Assembly: GCF_018977255.1 (NCBI RefSeq)
Contig: NW_024704743.1
Location: 87,670,001 to 87,734,000 of the forward strand
Source of the DNA: Callorhinchus milii
Lineage: Eukaryota
Direction of reading: 5' to 3'
Length of the DNA: 64,000 bases
The position numbers were made by a program, and so were the translations under genes. Every line of letters begins with the position of its first letter. Position 1 is the stretch's first letter. Positions 11,161 through 22,450 of this stretch are shown one piece after another. Below the pieces are notes generated by a model. The model was not told the DNA's origin and did no database searches. It was given only the letters and a program-made list of their open reading frames with translations.

Positions 11161-13104
11161 AACTACAAGATCCCCTCTGACTTCCAGTGAGCCACTTGAA
11201 AGAAGTAAAGCTGCATGCAGGAACAGTGCTGTGCAGCACAGGAGGATGGTGGTATTACACTAATTAAGACTGTTATAGCCTTTGTTCATGATAATGCACG
11301 AATGAAGACATCCAGAAGGAAGCAAAGTGAAACACCAGGCACTGCTCTTCCTCAGTGCCCCACAGGGTCATCCCACCAGCTGTCTTGACGTTGACCATCC
11401 AGTTGATTTGCTTCTACTCTCTCTCATCCTTTAATGGTCTCGAAGAGAATGCTCGAATGCGCACATCCAGCCACTCAAGTGTGTGCAAGAGTGAAGGTTA
11501 TGAGCAAGCCTGGAGGAGAAACCAGAATATCCTACAAGACAGACAGTCTTTACTGATCTTTAGTCTGAAGGGCAAATAAGCCGCTAACAGCAAAACAAAA
11601 TAACCGAATAAGAGCAAATCATTATAATTACTGGAAAAACACAACCCTCTTCCCCGCCCCCCCACACCCCACCGATGCACATTTTTGCTTTCTGGATTTG
11701 GAACTCATGCATTTAAGAATAAAAATATGAGCAAAAAATAAATGGAATATCTCAAGATCAATAATGTAACAATAGCTGACGAGAGGGTCTGATTTCAGTA
11801 TTAATATGAGCAATATACTGTATGTTAAAGAGAAAAGAAACAAAATATCAATTCGCTTGGAAATTGTTGTTATGATTGGAAGTGATGTCGAGAAATTGTG
11901 CTTTTCTAAAATTCCTGGTGTCAATGGTCGTTTTATGCTGCAACTCTTGCAATGGTGCAAAGCAACTTTTACTATTACACCAACAACAACTTGCATTTAT
12001 ATTGCGCCCTTCACACCGGCCGGGGTCTCGGAGCACTTAGACCGTGTAGGACAAACACAGTGTAGTTTCAGTCCAAAACTGTCAAACTAGCTTCCACTGC
12101 TCATCATGCTTATGGCAACCAGGAGAGCTTGCGATGTGTGGGCATGTGCAGTATGGCTGGAAATGGGATTCTTATAAAAAGTTTGACGTTAAGGTCTAAA
12201 AATAATGCCGTCTATGACCCCTGAATGGGCTTTTAAATTTCCAGTGAAAAAACAGACAGAATATTTGAAAAGGAAAAACATAAAAAGATTCAGGGAAAAC
12301 GCATGTTTAACCCAATTCTAGATGATTAGAATAGGGATTAGAGTGGTTAGCTCCAGCTCACACCAGGATAGACTCGATGGGCTGCAAGGCTTTTCCCCTC
12401 TTTATAATGTAATAGTTGGGAAATTGGTGAGGGGGGGAGGGGTGGAGGGAGAGTGTCACAATCCTGGAAGGAAATTCCTTCAATCAGAGGCTGTTTTTGA
12501 ATTATTCCATTGATCCAGCTTCAATAGTCACCATTCAAAAAAGAACTAGATAACAGCCTGGGTTTTAAAAACCTCTGGGGATTTTGAGAAAGAGATGATA
12601 AATAAAATTAATGAAAACAAGAGGATGATTTAGTGATGAATTTAGGGTTCAGGAGGATGCCACACATCCCATGGCACTATTTGAAAAGAGAAGGGAGTTT
12701 CTCCTGGCGTCCTGGTCAATAATCCCCAAATAAAATCAAAATCGGTCTCTCACTCCTTGGCAATTTGTGGGACATTGCTGTCTACTAACAGTATAATAAT
12801 AACAATAATCCTGCATTTTGATATAGCATCTTATTACTTCTTTGAGAAGCGCTTCACGGAATAAAGTGAATACTGTAAAGTGAATTGACTGAATATTTTA
12901 TGGGTGAAATGCCCACAAAATGAGAGAGTGAAAGGAATAGAGGAATAGGACTGTTTTGGTTATTCAGTTATATTGCAGTTATATTTGTCCAGCAGTGTGA
13001 TGAGAAGCGTTGCTCTGCTGATACAATAATAATAATAATCCTTGCACTTAATATGAGGTTTATCACGTTGTTGAGATGTCTCAAAGCATGTAAAGTGAAT
13101 TATA

Positions 13105-13358
13105 AAGTAAGTAGAAACCCGATTGTTAGTAGATTGGCGGATCGCTTTTCTGGATTAATAATCCCTTCAAAAAAAATAAAAGCTAATAATAATTTGGTCA
13201 CTCATTCCATAACTGTTTGTGGGACACTGCTGTGTGCAATTGTCTGTCGCGTTTCACCCACAAAATATACAATCAATTCACTTTACAGTTTATTCTATGA
13301 AGCACTTTGAGACGTCTCAAAGACGTAATAAGGCACTATATCAAATGTAAGGATTATT
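13105..13358 (+). mobile_element. SINE type A, 5'-truncated, within a cluster of SINE fragments at 12645-13100
   Basis: Type A linker GTAAGTAGAAACCCG...GATCGCTTTTC and tail. Confidence 0.8.
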
Positions 13359-13631
13359 ACCATTTTCAAAACAATAACAGCATGTACAAATGATAAGGTG
13401 GTGACTGTTATGATACTGCCAATGTTTATAAACTAACAGCAAAAGTCTTGCCAAATATTTTGCTGTGAAGAATGCCCTTTTAAGATGTAAAGACATAACT
13501 AATTGGTAATGTATGAGAAGTTTTCTGTGAAGGTGAAAAATCAGATTAACTAATGACAAAAGAAGGGTCCTGATCAGAATCAAGATGTAAAGAAATATTT
13601 TTCAGCCAGAAAGAGTTAGAACTTTAGGCAA

Positions 13632-14052
13632 CAGCCTGGCTCAGTTGGGATCATTCTCACCTCCAAATCAGAAGTAGGTTCAAGCCCCATGACAAGACAT
13701 TTAGTTTATAATCTCGGTTGACTCAATTGCAGTGCTGGGGAAGTGCTGCTTCTGATGAAATGTTAATCCAAGGTCCCATCTGCCTGTTCAGGTGGATGTT
13801 AAAGATCCCATAGCACTATTTGAAAAGAAAAGGGAGGTTTTCCAAGCAATCTGGCCAACAATCCTCCCGATAAAATTGATCATTAACTTCATGGCTGTTT
13901 GACTTCATGGCTGTTTGTTGGACACTCTTGAGCACAAATTAGCTGCTGTGTTTGCCTTCCATAAATGCAGTCAGTATACTTTTCAGTAAATCTTGTGAAA
14001 CAATTGTGACATTCTGACGTGATAAGGCGCGTTATCAATGCAAAGATTATTA
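13632..14052 (+). mobile_element. Deu-domain SINE (SacSINE1/AmnSINE1-like), near full length
   Basis: tRNA-like head CAGCCTGGCTCAGTTGG..GGTTCAAGCCCC, Deu-like core GATGAAATGTTAATCCAAGGTCCCATCTGCCTGTTCAGGTGGATGTTAAAGATCCCATAGCACTATT, L2-type tail. Confidence 0.8.
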
Positions 14053-14130
14053 ATTACCATGATAAAATGATTTGTTGGTGTTTTTGAGGATCACTTGAAA
14101 ATCTGGTAATTGGGTGCAGAATTTACACAA

Positions 14131-14158
14131 CCACTAGGTGGTGCCATAAGATGGCACT
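14131..14158 (+). promoter_or_regulatory. Candidate CTCF site
   Basis: CCACTAGGTGGTGCC with an upstream TGCAG and an overlapping second weak core CCATAAGATGGCAC. Confidence 0.45.
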
Positions 14159-14579
14159 ATTGTGCAAAGACATGGGAACTACTGGATGGACACCTTATTT
14201 CAAGGAGATAATACATGATTTCATAATAAGTCTGGTAAATGAAAAGCGTAAATGAACAATTTCCACGGTTGGATTGCTTAGACGAGTTTGCGATGAAAGT
14301 TTAAAATTATTACTTAAGACTGATGAAAAAAAGTCTGTTCAAATAAGGGATCATTTGCTACTGTTTGGTCAAGGATCATGGAACGGTTACACTTCCATGG
14401 TTACTTTTTGGGACTCCCCGAGTATAGTTAAAGAATTAAATAAAGCAAAGATTTCATGTGTGAGGTTATGGCATAATGCCCTTCAATGACTTTGTGAATA
14501 GTAAATTCTGTGATGGTGCATTATGCTGCATCATCAATATTGTCCAGTGATTTATATAATCTATATAATAACCTTGATT

Positions 14580-15195
14580 AACAATAATCTTTACATTTAA
14601 TATAGTGTCTTTCACGTCAGGTGGACATCTCAAAGCGCTTCACATGATACACTGTAAAGTCCAGCGACTATTTCTCCATTCCTCTTGACTCCAAACCCCA
14701 GCTCGGGTGCAAACCTTTGACTGTCCAGCGCCTTGGGATATTCTCCCGACGTGTAAGGCGCTATATAAAGGCAACTTGTTATTGTTGTGGATGATGTTTG
14801 GTCATAGATTCAGTGAAAGGTAGTTACATTTACAAGTTGGGGGTAACTTGGAATCAGAAGAGCTAATAAAGAAGCTAACAAAATAATAATCCTTACATTT
14901 GATACAGTAAAGTGTAGCCACTGTATATTTTTCAGAGAAACAGTCAATTTGCGCACAGCAATATCCCTAAACAGCCATGATCAATTTTATCTTGGGCATT
15001 GTTGGCTAGGATACCGGGAGAATTTTCCATCTATTTTTGAATAGTACCATGGAATAACGATACACTCCATAACTGTGTGCAAAATTGACTGCTGTGTTTG
15101 CGCACAAAACACAGTCACTGCACTTTACAGTATATCCTGTGAAGATCTTGGGGATGTCTTGCTGAGGTGAAAGACCCCTTGTAAGGATTATCATT
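14580..15195. mobile_element. Cluster of SINE and L2 tail fragments in both orientations
   Basis: SINE tail (-) 14580-14670, L2 tail (+) 14690-14788, Deu-SINE (-) 14882-15050, SINE 3' (+) 15065-15195. Confidence 0.7.
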
Positions 15196-15634
15196 CTTCA
15201 TTACAAAGACGGGATTGGTCAATCTCACGCATGGCTGTAAGTAGAAGACCTAACACTGCCCTTCAGACAGTCATTTTACTTCATACACAATAACCAGACA
15301 AACATCAATACTGTAGATTGCAGCTTTGCTGGCAGCAGAGGTATATTGATTTGAAATTTCATAATATTTTAATTTTGTACTTGGGTGTCTTAGTTTTAAT
15401 AACCTAGGTTCCATATATATTGGATAATACTTATTTAGGAATGTGCTTGAGCCAAATAATACATCTTCTTAAACATGAAGACCAGAAGATTGTCAGTACT
15501 GTATTATCTGAGGATGTGGCATTATTCGATACTGTGCTTTTCTGTGTAATGTATGTCCAATGTTTACTTTTTGCTGAAAAATCTATAGCAAAGTCCCCAA
15601 TGTAAGACTTTGCAGAGTAACTGTACCACATGAC

Positions 15635-15684
15635 AGTCACACAGACAACAGGACCTGCACTGCGGTCCTGTTGTCTGTGTGACT
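15635..15684. repeat. Perfect 21-bp inverted repeat with 8-nt loop
   Basis: AGTCACACAGACAACAGGACC-TGCACTGC-GGTCCTGTTGTCTGTGTGACT. Confidence 0.95.
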
Positions 15685-17634
15685 CCCATGGCAGTGATCC
15701 AGACTTTTATTGCACTGACTATCATAAGCAAATAACATCCTTTGAGCCTATTGCATTATTATTTTCGACGCCACATTGCAGATATGCCACAAAAGCAATT
15801 GAGTGAGCTTTCTACCACCTGTGCCCCATAAGTCACCCATGATGCATATCCTTGATTTTCAATTGATGTTGCCCCCAATAATATTGATTGATATTGATGC
15901 TATTGATATCACCCAATAATTTCCTTTTCCTACACCAGCACTTTTATTTTGCAAATAATTCCTTTCAATAAATTCTTAGCTGAGACTGTTAAACCGAGAG
16001 ATGAACAGACGATTTTTCAGTCAAAATATCTGCCCAGCTCCTTCACCGCTGAGATCTTTTAATAACTTTACCACTAAAGTATTTGTAATCATGGACATTA
16101 TAAAGTGAAATCTGGATAATTATTCATTAATACAATTCCTCAAATTATTCAACAGTCAAATGCTATTTTCCTGAGTGACTCTGTTGGATTAATTTTGTTA
16201 AAATAGCTGGGCAGCATGCGTTTTGCAACTCCTGTGCATTTTCCCTGCTTGCATGCATGGGTGCATTGGACTGTAGTAAAGATTTGTGTAGTCACTAGTC
16301 CTCGCATGGCGAGTTGCTAATTTCAGGGGCAGTGAACGGAAGTTGCTTTCGGCAGTTCCCGAAAGGAAAGGAGAGAGAAAATACAAGGGAGCACCTTGGG
16401 TTATTCTCATGTCATTCCTATTGACAAAGCAGCTTTGTCACAAGCTTAGGATTTGGTTACCTGCCTGTCTTCACAGCTAGAGTGTGGTTAGAAAAAACAT
16501 ACAATAGCAAAGCACTAAAAAAGTCTGTTCGCCCATCATGAAACAAACATTCCACACATGCACACACACACATACACACGCCCCAGGCTCTACCCCCACC
16601 TATTTAATCTCCTGAAGGAAAGTTGGGCAGAAACACTCGCTGATCTCAAAGGTAATCAAGCAAAATTCTATTACATCTATCCATCTCCGCATCTATGTTA
16701 TTGAGCGCTGGCCAGCTGCCCTCCACAGATGACAAACTCCCCTCCCCCACAGGGCTCGGCAGCACAGCAGCCATTATGATGGTATGTGATGTGGAAAGAC
16801 AAAAAAAAGGATGAAGGAATTCCATTAAAAATGCACATACCAGCGTCTTACTGAAGAGATCTATAAACCACTGTTAATAATAATAATAATGTGTAATCTA
16901 GTGTACTCTCAGGTCTTGTATCTTAAATCTTACATGCATTCAGGTTTGAATAATGAAATCAATAAACTGCATTTAAAACTATCCCACGGCAGTAAACACT
17001 GAAATAACAATATAAATAATTCTGAGAGAAACAACGATTTCAGATGTGTAGTTTATATACATACAATATCAATCAACGATAATAGAGCCATGGCTGGTTC
17101 AGGTGACATACCACTCTTTCACTTTATGAAATCGTCTGAACTTCAAGATTGGGTTAAAACTTATAATTCACTTAAGAGTTATACATTCTCTTCCATTAAG
17201 GAGATATGACCTTCTGTGCCACATGAGAAATGTTTTTCCTTTAAAGTTCAGAAATGCTCTTCTGCCATTATCTTTTATGCAGAAACAGCGAGGTGTATTT
17301 CTGAGCGAGAAGATCTTGTGGTTTCTTTTTTCTTTGCTTGTGATCTGTGAATTGCAGGGGCTTCACACAGCCTGCAAGCACTCGTGTAGCCTCGTTTCAT
17401 TTGCTCTTTGAAACATCTTTTACAAATATGAACTTGTCAATCAAAGTGCTATTGACATTCTTAGGGATTTCCAGGGGCTCAAAGAGCTGCTTTTGGTTTT
17501 CCCAGTAACCTTTGTTGGGTATCATTTTGTAAAGTAAACAGGGAACGTGTCAGGATTGCGGGTAAAATTGTAACATAGAACCACTGGTGTAATTACAAGA
17601 AACGTTTAACCCTTGAAGTGCTGAATAAGAGGCG

Positions 17635-18285
17635 CTCCCCTGGTGGCTCATTGTAAAGTATGTAATTTACCAGGGAGATCCCGGGTTTAAATCGCTGCTC
17701 TGCTCTGATGGTTAGCTGATTTCAGCTATGGAAGTGGCAGAGAGAACACAACAATATTCATCAAAATACTTAATCAGGGAGATGAGAGGAAGAGACCAAG
17801 ATTCCCATCCTGTTCACTATGTAGTGAACTAGGCAGAATGTGTATTTGCACATGTGTGTGTGGTGTGTGTGTGTAAACTTTAGATGCCTGAAATTTCTCC
17901 TGGTTCTAGGCTAGAGTTTGAAATTTAAGATCTTGAAAATTTTTGGAAATTTCTTAAATTTAGTCGTAATTTGGAAGTTGGTTTTCCACAAGTTCTTTTC
18001 AAGAACTGCAGAGAACTGGCTTTCAAATTATGACTGGATTAAACAATTTTTCATAATTAATCATGATCTTACATTTTTAGACAATACCTTTAAGGCAAAG
18101 ACCGTGTGTAATTTTGGTCCTCTAGTGAAGACAAGATCAGGCTCAAATCTACGACCCTTCTTCAGCCAGATAGCCTGCCGATACTCACTGTCCACATACA
18201 CATAAAGAATGACTACTTTGATGGGCTACCAAAAGACTATCGGTGCCTTTGAAGTAAATCTTAGTGTGAGTCCGGCTTAAGGAAA
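17635..18285 (+). mobile_element. Ancient AmnSINE2-like SINE split by a MITE
   Basis: GGTTAGCTGATTTCAGC, GATTCCCATCCTGTTCACTAT, and after the MITE GTGAAGACAAGATCAGGCTC...ATAGCCTGCCGATACTCACTGTC...CACATAAAGAATGACTACTT, all matching my recalled AmnSINE2 consensus in order. Confidence 0.6.
17884..18122. mobile_element. Palindromic MITE-like element (family 1)
   Basis: Imperfect fold-back (AATTTAAGATC/GATCTTACATTT, AGTCGTAATTTGGAAG/CTTTCAAATTATGACT). Related to 36488 and 44155. Confidence 0.65.
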
Positions 18286-18291
18286 ATGAGG

Positions 18292-18440
18292 ATAATAATA
18301 ATCCTACATTTGATTTAGCACCTTTCACATTAGGAGGAGGATGTCTCAAAGTGTTTCACAGGATATACTGTAAAATGGTGTGTCTGTGTTTTGGTGGGTA
18401 AACGGGGCAACCAATTTGCGCACGAACAAATGTCCCAAAG
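18292..18440 (-). mobile_element. SINE 3' fragment
   Basis: (AAT)n plus shared tail. Confidence 0.75.
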
Positions 18441-18847
18441 AACTATTGTAAAGGTTGTTCTTTACACATTGAATGTTATGTATAAAAGTGAGAGTAATGC
18501 ACAGAAATAACAAACAATCCTTCCCCAATTCTCTAGATTCTGGGAATAAGCATTATAGGATAATAAACAAAGAAAATCTTGTTACATTTTTGATTTTGGT
18601 GCAGCCCATGTCACTACAGTCCTCAAGGGGTCAATACATAGTGAAAGCTTGAATACGTTCAATGGTTACCAAGGTTACTCACATGCCACCCCTGAGGCTG
18701 TACTGGAGCTGGAGTGTAAGGACTGAGCCTGGGGTTACTACACAAATCTACACATCCACCAGCTTCTCTCACACAAAGAAAACAAACAACACATTTTGAA
18801 ATTAATAACCACGTCAGTGTAAATCAAACAACAAAAAATCCTCTTTT

Positions 18848-19004
18848 GAGGATGATTATCCCATGGTTGGTAAATTTACTGAGCTTGGCGAAAAATCTTA
18901 TTCAAATCTCATGGTGTTAAGGTCGGTGTATTTTCCGACCTGATCAGATCAGATGGGCTCAATGTCAAGCTCGGCAAATTCATTTAGATCAGAGAATCTC
19001 TCCT
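18848..19004. mobile_element. Palindromic MITE-like element (family 2)
   Basis: GAGGA...TCCTC ends, AATTTACTGAGCTTGGC/GTCAAGCTCGGCAAATT arms, AGGTCGG/CCGACCT centre. Confidence 0.55.
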
Positions 19005-19616
19005 CTGTTAAGTGTAACATCTAGGGATAAACATTCATGGCAAAATTCTAGTCTGACCAGGTCCAAAATCAGCATTTATTTTACAAAAAAGTTTCAATTC
19101 ATCTGAATGTGCACTTTATTAACTGTTCTTTAAATAAAACTGTCATGTTCGTTTGTTGACAGACAAAAGTAGTAACTTAGGTGCTTGAAGCCATTTTCTG
19201 TCCTTAAATCCAGAGATCTCCGCATACCTAATCTTCTGCTTGAAAGTTTCTTCATGCCCAGCAATTGGATAAGGAGGCAAAATTAGTTATTTTTATGTAA
19301 TTTATATATTTTTGAAAATGTAGAAGTCTGTTTGACAACCGTGGCCTGGAATAGCAGAGAGAAGGGAAACTGCAGTGTGTTTGGATGTTGGTGCTCAATG
19401 ATGCTATGTAGCCAAGTCGTGGTATCCATGTGTAAGGGGGTCTTTTTTGTTCGATCAGTTGGGTATCATGATGATTATGACATCAATTCCATGCAAAACA
19501 TCACTTTTTACATCCCAGTGTGTGGCCTGTGAACAGGAATCAAACAAAGTCTAGTCGCAGTCCAGGGAGTGGAGAGTGTGGGGGAGGGGTTAGCCACTCT
19601 GTCCAACTCCCTTCAG

Positions 19617-19692
19617 GATAATGGTGCTGGGTTGAGAGAAGGCCACATTGTATTGATAATGGTGTTGGGTTGAGAGTTGGCCACATTGTATT
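19617..19692 (+). repeat. 38-bp tandem duplication
   Basis: GATAATGGTGYTGGGTTGAGAGWWGGCCACATTGTATT x2. Confidence 0.9.
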
Positions 19693-20628
19693 GAATTTCC
19701 CGATGGTCTCGTTATGGTTCCTGATTGGGAATTATATCTGTCGTCACCAGAATCCCTTGACTCTGGTGCCAGTCTGCATTTGAGTACGTGGCATTCCAGT
19801 CCAGCCTTTCCTGTTTACATACCATGATGATTTAATGATTGAAATTTGAGCATCAAATTCAAGTTCAGTCCAAGTCCAAAATCCAAACGGGTTAGAAAAC
19901 TCATGCCAGCTGCTGGTTTCTCTGCTACTTTCCTGTTTTGTCTGTTTCATGATCTAGACGTGGCTGCATTCTTTGCAAAAGAGAAAAATATATAACATAA
20001 ACTGCGGTATAAAATGAGACCCGCTGCTGTAATTGAGCCATGTAGTTACGGTAGACGGGTTTGTATTGACTGAACACATACTTCGGGGGTTATTTGCTGC
20101 ATGCCACTAAATTAGAAGGTGGGATTTCATAACGTGAAGTTTGCAGTTTTCTGTAATGTGTTCCTTGTGATAATTATCACTTCAAATGTGGTAGGAAACA
20201 CTGCAAGTTTAGTTGATATTTATTGACTGGTTGTGTGTCAACACCCTGACTGGTTACTGTATGTAATTGAGTCCCAGTGGCTATTAGTGCGCTCTGAGAT
20301 GCCTGTCATCAGAATCTTACAATGAAGTGAATGTCCCATTTTATCTGGGGGATTGTCGGTCAGGACACCGGGAGGTATTTTCTTTTTTTTCAAATAACGC
20401 CTTGGAATGGAATTTATTAAACACCCGAACAGGGACAGACTGGCTATTCAGGAAACTGGGAAACTTCCCTAGTGACCCACTGCCTGAGTGCTCGGTGAAA
20501 ATAGGTGCACTATCACTGATTGACTGATAGACACTTATCCTTCACATAGCCACAAATCAGCCTTATAGGCACTTAAGCACAAATGAAAATGATGGGCCTT
20601 TTTGCTCAGTGCTACTTTCCTCCTTCAG

Positions 20629-20712
20629 CAGGTGCACTCCGCACCTTGACTCGGCCCATCATGGGACACCGGGAGCGTGGAGGAGAGGAAATCCACAGCT
20701 ACCAAAATAATG
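20629..20712 (+). other. Candidate spliced exon (84 or 81 nt), product unknown
   Basis: Acceptor CTACTTTCCTCCTTCAG/CAG, donor ATG|GTGAGT, one open frame (GALRTLTRPIMGHRERGGEEIHSYQNN). Confidence 0.3.
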
Positions 20713-21359
20713 GTGAGTGCACTAGCAATCAGCCTCCAGCTGGCTACCCTCACGCTGAGCCAGTGAGGGGTGTGGGGGCTGGAGCCAGGGTTTGGATGAT
20801 AACGATATGGGAGACCTTTATGAATTGTTTTATGCATTTTGGCACTGACACCCCCCACAAATTGGTGCTACACCCGCATTTTCCATGAAAATCCTGAACC
20901 TTTTCAGGGAGCCATTCTGCCACTGGACAGACGAGATCTTGGTTTAATGTCTCAACCAAAGGATGGCACTTCCGACAAGGCAGAGCACTCCAATAGGCTA
21001 ACCGAGTGAACTCAAAGTCCTGGCATAGGACTTGAATTCACAATCCTAATAATGCCTAATAATTACTGCCACACTGACCACCTCGCCCCACCCCACTCAC
21101 AGCCATTGTGGTGCCAATTCAGGAATGTGTAGAGACACCTTGAGATTCCAGGCACTGGGCCAACCACCATAGGTGGAATTTGAGTTCAGAGGAAGAGGAA
21201 GCCAACTGATTTTAGTTCATGCCCTTTTCTCCTACACTCAAATGTTGATCTTTCTCTCAGGGGTAGGGTTGTGTTGCAGGGATTCCCTCAGATTGTACCA
21301 TTATGGGAGGCTATGGGGTGGGGGAGCAGGGAGGTAGTATTATATACTGTATCACGATT

Positions 21360-21583
21360 CTCTCTGCCCCCAACCTCTGGAATTCCATCCCCCAATCACT
21401 CCACCTCGCCCCCTTCTTAGCCTCCTTCAAGTCCCACCTCAAAACCCTCCTCTTCGACCATGCCATTGGTCACCCCCATTCCCCTCGCCTCCCTTCTCCC
21501 TCCCTGACCCCAGCTTGGGTCTGAAATGCTGTACACTGTCCAGGGCCTTGGGATGTCCTCCCGATGTGAAAGGTGTTGTTGTT
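21360..21583 (+). mobile_element. L2 3' fragment
   Basis: SAPNLWNSIPQSLHLAPFLASFKSHLKTLLF plus tail. Confidence 0.85.
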
Positions 21584-21849
21584 GAAGACTTTGACTAAGC
21601 TAATGTTTGCTAACATCTAGGTGATAGTCTTTTCCACAAGCTGATGATTTCATGCAGAAAGAGACAAATGATTCTTAATTATTTTTCAAAAACTTGAGAT
21701 TATGCCTCACTGTTTAATCATCTTTTGTTTTTTCAGCGAGAAGAGATATTGCTTCCTTAGTCTCATTTCACACTTCAGAGATCTAAAACTTTTTCCTGAA
21801 TCTGAATTCTTTCAGAAATTTCTTTTCCTGTAGGTTCCAAATAGGGAAG

Positions 21850-22450
21850 CACTAGGAGGGATAGATGAGCAGAGAGATATAGTGGCTCAAGTCCATAGAT
21901 CATTAAAATCTGGTTCGCTGGTGTAGAAAATAGTCAATAAGGCAAATGGGTTGCTAGCCTGTAACACATGAGGTCTGGAATATAATAGAAAGGAGGTGCT
22001 GCTCCAGTCATATATAATGCTGGTCAGACCTCATTTGCAGTATTGCTTTCAGCTTTGGCACCCTATTTTAGGAAGAATATAAATAATAATAAATAATCCT
22101 AATGGTCATTTGATATAGTGCCTTTCATGTTGGGAGGACGTTTCAAACCCTTCTCAACATTTACCGTAAAGGGCAATGACTGTATTTTCTAGGTGAACGC
22201 TGCAGCCAATTTAAGAATAGAAATGTCCCACAAACAGCCAATGACCAATTTACTAGCTTTGGAGGGTGTCCAGTAACAGTTCACCAGCTTAATGCTTGGG
22301 TTGAAACTCTTTATCTATGATGAGAGGTTGAGCAGACTGGGGTTACATCCTTAGAACAAAAGAGGTTAAGGGGTGAATATGATTGAGGTATTTAACATAA
22401 TGAAACAAATTGACAGATTAGATAGTGGCTGACTGCTTCTTCTGGTAGGT
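21850..22450 (+). mobile_element. Decayed CR1 ORF2 C-terminal fragment interrupted by a SINE (-) at about 22085-22252
   Basis: KANGLL..GLEY.RKEVLLQ..LVRPHLQYC..PYFRKNI | LALEGVQ. Confidence 0.8.
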
